58,906 nucleotides of DNA, taken from positions 1-58,906 of IMG/VR virus record IMGVR_UViG_3300027779_003675; one strand, 5' to 3'. Position 1 is the stretch's first letter. Each line of letters begins with the position of its first letter. The notes beneath the pieces are model-generated. The model was given only the letters and a program-made list of their open reading frames with translations. It did not search any database and was not told the origin of the DNA. Position numbers and translations under genes: made by a program. This DNA is from a virus. Taxonomy: Duplodnaviria; Caudoviricetes. Shown here in pieces: positions 55,017 to 58,906 of this stretch.

Positions 55017-55719
55017 AGATATAACCAATTTAGCCGAAGAGGTGGTATGCATCTCCCTAAGAGACAGAAAAGACAAAAGGGACAAATTTGAAGAAAGGTG
55101 GAAAGGTGTTTTAGACTTCAGGTGGTTTATCGCCAACAGGCCCACGGAGGAAACCCTTAAGCAGTTTTTAAGGAATTTTAATGGAGGCAACCCAGAGAGC
55201 CTTAGCGAAATGGCTATTGGCAGGTGGGGGTGTTACCTTTCTCACTACGAGGTAATATCTTCAGCCCTAGTGAGAGGCGTAGAGTCTATACTTATACTCG
55301 AAGACGATAGTCACCCCGATAAAAACCTCATGAACCTACAAGTCAATAGCGTACCTCCGGATTGGGACGTTATCTACCTAGGCTGCAACGACTACGACAC
55401 CATAAGCTCCCATCCCAGCACAAACCATACAACTGACCTTACTTGGACGGATTCGAATTCCTTAATGAACTTTAACGGATGGAAGAGGGTTAAGGCTTGG
55501 GGGACTTACGCAATGCTGATTAATAAAACGGCTTTTAAACCGTTCCTTAGAGAAATTAACGACTACACCTCCCTAGGGTACCAGTACAATCACAACATTA
55601 ACGGTATAAGGGCTGACGGCATATATTATTTTTACCTTTGGAAGAAAATGAGTTTTTACTTTTGTGAAAACTTTGTTTCTCACGACTATTCTTTTGAATC
55701 TGACATCCAAGAGGTGTAA
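55006..55719 (+). CDS. GT25 glycosyltransferase
   Basis: CISL..R.D, GCYLSH, LILEDD, P.DWD.IYLG, GTYA. Confidence 0.85.
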   Translation: MNFKDITNLAEEVVCISLRDRKDKRDKFEERWKGVLDFRWFIANRPTEETLKQFLRNFNGGNPESLSEMAIGRWGCYLSHYEVISSALVRGVESILILEDDSHPDKNLMNLQVNSVPPDWDVIYLGCNDYDTISSHPSTNHTTDLTWTDSNSLMNFNGWKRVKAWGTYAMLINKTAFKPFLREINDYTSLGYQYNHNINGIRADGIYYFYLWKKMSFYFCENFVSHDYSFESDIQEV

Positions 55720-55720
55720 T
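55714..55720 (+). promoter_or_regulatory. GTGTAAT motif (candidate phage-sigma promoter)
   Basis: GTGTAATATAAACATATG; nearly identical to CTGTAATATAAACGTATG at 34918-34935 (-). Confidence 0.55.
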
Positions 55721-55728
55721 ATAAACAT

Positions 55729-56037
55729 ATGGAAGAAGCAGCACAAAGCTTTATAGGTAAACAGGGTTGGCTTTTCGCGGTTGGCGTTTTAGCTATCGTT
55801 TTTAATAGCTTAATCTCCAGCAGTGCGCAAGGAGTACTACTTTGGTGGAGTAAGCAGTACCAACCAGACGACATTGTCTTTGTCGGAGGCAGGAAGGCTA
55901 GAATCGTTAGGATCGGAATGAGGGAAACCGTCTTTTATTTCGAAGACACCTCCACTAAAGTTACGATCCCTAATGAAAACATAAGAGGAATGGGTATAGA
56001 AAAAGAAATAAGACCCATGAATTTCAGTAAAAAATAA
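55729..56037 (+). CDS. Mini MscS-like protein (TM plus beta domain)
   Basis: D.V.V.G..A.I..IG.R.T...V.IPN. Confidence 0.7.
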   Translation: MEEAAQSFIGKQGWLFAVGVLAIVFNSLISSSAQGVLLWWSKQYQPDDIVFVGGRKARIVRIGMRETVFYFEDTSTKVTIPNENIRGMGIEKEIRPMNFSKK

Positions 56038-56367
56038 ATGGATTCTTGGGAGACAGGGTCGTATTCCGCATCTTATGGGTCTGATTCTACCTATTTCCTG
56101 AACTATAATGGACGAGTAGAAGCTTACCAAACCGAAGATAAAGAGACCGTATCCCGACTTAATCCGATGATTCCCCCAGAGACAACCTCAGTTCGTAGTA
56201 ATATCCCTAAGGCTATAGGCCTTTTAGATCAAATTATAGACCAAGCTAAAGAAGACGATGAACTCCAAAAAGCTTACGCAATTAAAGTCGGAAAAGGGTC
56301 CCAAGCTATAGGGGAGAGCTGGATGGTATTCCACCTTAAAGCGCTAAAGGGGTTATTGAGCGCATAA
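56038..56367 (+). CDS. Hypothetical protein
   Basis: 109 aa. Confidence 0.6.
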   Translation: MDSWETGSYSASYGSDSTYFLNYNGRVEAYQTEDKETVSRLNPMIPPETTSVRSNIPKAIGLLDQIIDQAKEDDELQKAYAIKVGKGSQAIGESWMVFHLKALKGLLSA

Positions 56368-56413
56368 AATGTAGACAAACGCGGGTCCGGGGCTTATTAT
56401 TTTTATAAGGAGT

Positions 56414-56836
56414 ATGTTTAGAGCGTTTAGAAAGCTGTTTAGCAGGGAAAGAGAGTGTCCCAAATGCGGGTACCAAGGTCTATCTAGAGATTTCAAAAGA
56501 GTAACTTCACAAAAAAACACCATGAATAAACAAGAAGCAGAACATATATTGAAACTTAGTCAAAACGAAGGTGCAGGCAGCAGGCCTAGCCCTAGCGCTA
56601 TAGAAGGAGCTAAAAGATTTTTAGCCGCCCAATCCGGAAACGTAGGAGACGGTGGTACCGGACCGTCAGGAAACGTAGGTGACGGGGCCACAGGAGCCAC
56701 GGGAACCATTGATAACACAGGAGCCACAGGAGCCACAGGAGCCACGGGAACCATTGATAACACAGGAGCCACGGGAACCATTAACGACGCAGGTGCCACA
56801 GGTGCCACAGGTGCCACAGGTGCCACAGGCGCTTAA
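56414..56836 (+). CDS. Small protein with CPKC knuckle and C-terminal Thr-rich collagen-like tail
   Basis: GATGATGT(IDNT) repeats run to the stop; own TAGACA-N17-TATTAT promoter and AAGGAG RBS. Confidence 0.75.
   Translation: MFRAFRKLFSRERECPKCGYQGLSRDFKRVTSQKNTMNKQEAEHILKLSQNEGAGSRPSPSAIEGAKRFLAAQSGNVGDGGTGPSGNVGDGATGATGTIDNTGATGATGATGTIDNTGATGTINDAGATGATGATGATGA
56630..56832 (+). repeat. 9-bp coding repeats (ACAGGAGCC / ACAGGTGCC) with duplicated GGAACCATTGATAAC blocks
   Basis: Directly visible. Confidence 0.88.
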
Positions 56837-56859
56837 GCAACCCTCTCCATTAGGAAACA

Positions 56860-56892
56860 GCGCTCCTTTAACTAGGGGCGTTTTCTTTATTT
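56860..56892 (+). terminator. Intrinsic terminator
   Basis: GCGCTCCT/AGGGGCGT stem plus a T-rich tail. Confidence 0.65.
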
Positions 56893-56894
56893 AA

Positions 56895-57920
56895 ATGGCT
56901 TCTAAAGAATGCAAATTAATTACCTTATCTTATTTAGATTACATAACCGACAGATTCAAGGAGGAGGGTATTGATTATTGGCTGGAGTACGGCTCCCTCT
57001 TGGGAGCAATAAGAGAAGGCGGAATAATACCTCATGATTACGACATAGATATAGGGGTATGGAGTAAGGATCAAAAATTAATAAAAAAAATAATACTGGA
57101 AAACAGTAGAGGTTTTAGGTTTGAATGGCAACATTCCAAGTGGAGCGGCAATTATAATATGTGGACCATCTGTCCGGTGAAACCTGACGGTCAAACAAGT
57201 GGAGTTACATTAGATATCTATTATTTCGAAAAGTATAAAAAAGGCACCATGACTGGCCCATTAGTCTATACTGAGTCGGAAGCGCCGTATTGGAAAGACA
57301 GGAAAAGAGGGTGCTTCCTCTCTAAAAGTTATTATTATGAAAATTTAATAACCTCGGATTTCGAAAATAGAAAGCTTCCAATCACTAAATATTATAAAAA
57401 ATACCTCGATTACCTATACGGGAAGGATTGCGTAGAAATAAAAAAAATAAAACACAAAGACTACAACGACACAGAGATTCCTTCCTCGAAAAAAGCGGAC
57501 CCTATAGTCGGCCACACTGAAGGAGTTTTCGATTGCCTACATTACGGACACATAAGGCTTTTTAAAAAAATGAAAGAGGTTTTTGACAAAGTCGTTGTCA
57601 GCTGCACAAAAGACGATATTGTTAGAACATACAAGAGTCCTAGTATAGATGATTACGACACCAGAATGAAAAAAGTTTTAGAATGCGAGCATGTTGACCA
57701 AGTGCTCGAACCTCCAAACGGAAGTATAGTATCCGTAGATTACATGAATGAAAACGGACTTGACTACATAGTTCACGGAAAAACAGAAGAAAAGTTTTTA
57801 AAAAGATGGTACGATGAGCCTATAAAAGAAAAGAGAATGATTCTTTTTGAAGAAACCCCCGGAATCAGAACTACAAATATAAAAAATGAGAAACTACACC
57901 CTAAAAGAACAATGACATAG
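56895..57920 (+). CDS. LicD-family phosphotransferase fused to a cytidylyltransferase (TagD/RfaE2-like)
   Basis: YWLEYGSLLGAIR.GG.IPHDYDIDIG, LDIY, YL..LYG; GVFDCLHYGH, TPGIRTT. Confidence 0.88.
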   Translation: MASKECKLITLSYLDYITDRFKEEGIDYWLEYGSLLGAIREGGIIPHDYDIDIGVWSKDQKLIKKIILENSRGFRFEWQHSKWSGNYNMWTICPVKPDGQTSGVTLDIYYFEKYKKGTMTGPLVYTESEAPYWKDRKRGCFLSKSYYYENLITSDFENRKLPITKYYKKYLDYLYGKDCVEIKKIKHKDYNDTEIPSSKKADPIVGHTEGVFDCLHYGHIRLFKKMKEVFDKVVVSCTKDDIVRTYKSPSIDDYDTRMKKVLECEHVDQVLEPPNGSIVSVDYMNENGLDYIVHGKTEEKFLKRWYDEPIKEKRMILFEETPGIRTTNIKNEKLHPKRTMT

Positions 57921-57954
57921 ACGATTTGAAAACGCGACGCCAATACAAAATTAA

Positions 57955-58137
57955 ATGAAACAAAAAAACGCATTAGACGAAAACGGAAACGAAATGACAG
58001 CACATCTTCTTTCCCAAATAACAAAATGGAAGATAGAAGCAAACAGCGGCTACAACGACGGCTGGACTCGGAAGCACTACCAAAATAAATTAGACACTTT
58101 TAAATTCGCTATTGACAAGGCTTACGGTCAAGGATGA
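57955..58137 (+). CDS. Hypothetical protein
   Basis: SGYNDGWT motif common in small phage proteins. Confidence 0.55.
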   Translation: MKQKNALDENGNEMTAHLLSQITKWKIEANSGYNDGWTRKHYQNKLDTFKFAIDKAYGQG

Positions 58138-58227
58138 CAAAAAAACAAAAGATTGCTTGGTGGGTAATTATTGTTATCGTATCGATATCGGTAGGTATAT
58201 TTACCGGAACTTATTTGTCGAGCTGAG

Positions 58228-58422
58228 GTGATAGATAAAATTTGGCTGGAAAAACGAAAAAAATTGGGCTACTGGATATCCCCAACATTTATCGTTGCTC
58301 CGATTACCGCGGAAAAACTTTTGGAAAGAGGGTTTTGCTGCGGGCTAAAATGTAAAAACTGCCCCTATTTCCCTAGGTATAAAAAAGGCAACAAGACGAA
58401 AACAAATTTAAAAAAAAGTTAA
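58228..58422 (+). CDS. DUF5522-like Cys-rich protein
   Basis: LLERGFCCGLKCKNCPY. Confidence 0.7.
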   Translation: MIDKIWLEKRKKLGYWISPTFIVAPITAEKLLERGFCCGLKCKNCPYFPRYKKGNKTKTNLKKS

Positions 58423-58482
58423 CGCCGGAAAACTTCCAAGAGATGATGCTCGAAGCCATAAAAAGCATGCTAGAAAAATAAG

Positions 58483-58906
58483 ATGCTCTTTAAAAAGAAA
58501 AAATCCCTAGCGGAAGAATTAGAGCGGCGAATAAACGACATGGTTCCGATGGAGGATAGAGTTGTCGTAGAGGAAAAGATTGTTGACAGCTTTAGTTCTG
58601 ACTTTATGGACTTCCCGCCACCGAACTTTTTTAAGAAATGGTTTTATTATAAGCCAAGCCATCTCTGGGAAAGGACGCGAGAAAAAATAAAGGACACAAA
58701 GCAAAGACTAACTACAGGCTTTCCTCACAACGAAGCCTATGGATTCACCGACTGGTTCGCTCAAGCGGCATTGCCAAGATTAAAATTCCTTCGGGATAAT
58801 ACTCAGAGCTTTCCCGACTTGACTGACGAACTGAAGAGATACGGTGAGGCAGACGCTTCCGACGAAGGGCTTGTAAAATGGAAAGAAGAAATAGATAAAA
58901 TTATTT
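58483..58906 (+). CDS. Hypothetical protein, 3'-truncated
   Basis: Frame open from ATG 58483 to the window end (MLFKKKKSLAEE...LPRLKFLR...WKEEIDKII). Confidence 0.7.
   Translation, partial: MLFKKKKSLAEELERRINDMVPMEDRVVVEEKIVDSFSSDFMDFPPPNFFKKWFYYKPSHLWERTREKIKDTKQRLTTGFPHNEAYGFTDWFAQAALPRLKFLRDNTQSFPDLTDELKRYGEADASDEGLVKWKEEIDKII

Noticed and set aside
1-58906. Eukaryotic giant virus (NCLDV) or eukaryotic origin, suggested by the PLOD/COLGALT genes
   Set aside because: DnaE, DnaB, DnaG, RecA, a sigma factor, -35/-10 and sigma54 promoters and overlapping operons indicate a bacterial virus; no NCLDV core genes or introns are seen
1-58906. Alternative genetic code (stop recoding)
   Set aside because: Conserved proteins are uninterrupted in code 11, and TAA, TAG and TGA all end genes

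Overview
A 58.9-kb segment of a large (jumbo-type) double-stranded DNA bacteriophage genome. Evidence: dense, mostly single-strand gene blocks, bacterial-type replisome genes, a sigma factor, tRNAs, many small ORFans and no ribosomal or cell-division genes. Layout: the 3' end of a collagen-like fibre gene and three small + strand genes (1-1889); a long - strand block (1892-38.0 kb) with recombination/replication genes (PHP-less DnaE, separate PHP and DnaQ, primase, DnaB, RecA, Cas4/RecB-like nuclease), a nucleotide-sugar/glycosyltransferase island containing a RuBisCO-like protein, a DUF2589 pair, class II RNR and a sigma factor; then a mostly + strand block (38.0-58.9 kb) with nucleotide metabolism, accessory genes, three tRNAs and more glycosyltransferases. 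The standout is an apparently complete animal-type collagen lysine modification pathway in a rearranged form: a COLGALT-like GT25 domain fused to the GT and accessory domains of PLOD/LH3 (1892-4075), the missing lysyl hydroxylase domain as a separate gene 35 kb away (39013-39711), a second COLGALT-like enzyme (53262-54080), and a nearby candidate substrate rich in Gly-X-Lys-Gly (1-588). Three promoter classes are visible: sigma70-like and often leaderless, sigma54, and a GTGTAAT motif. All homology calls come from motif recognition by eye; no searches were run.
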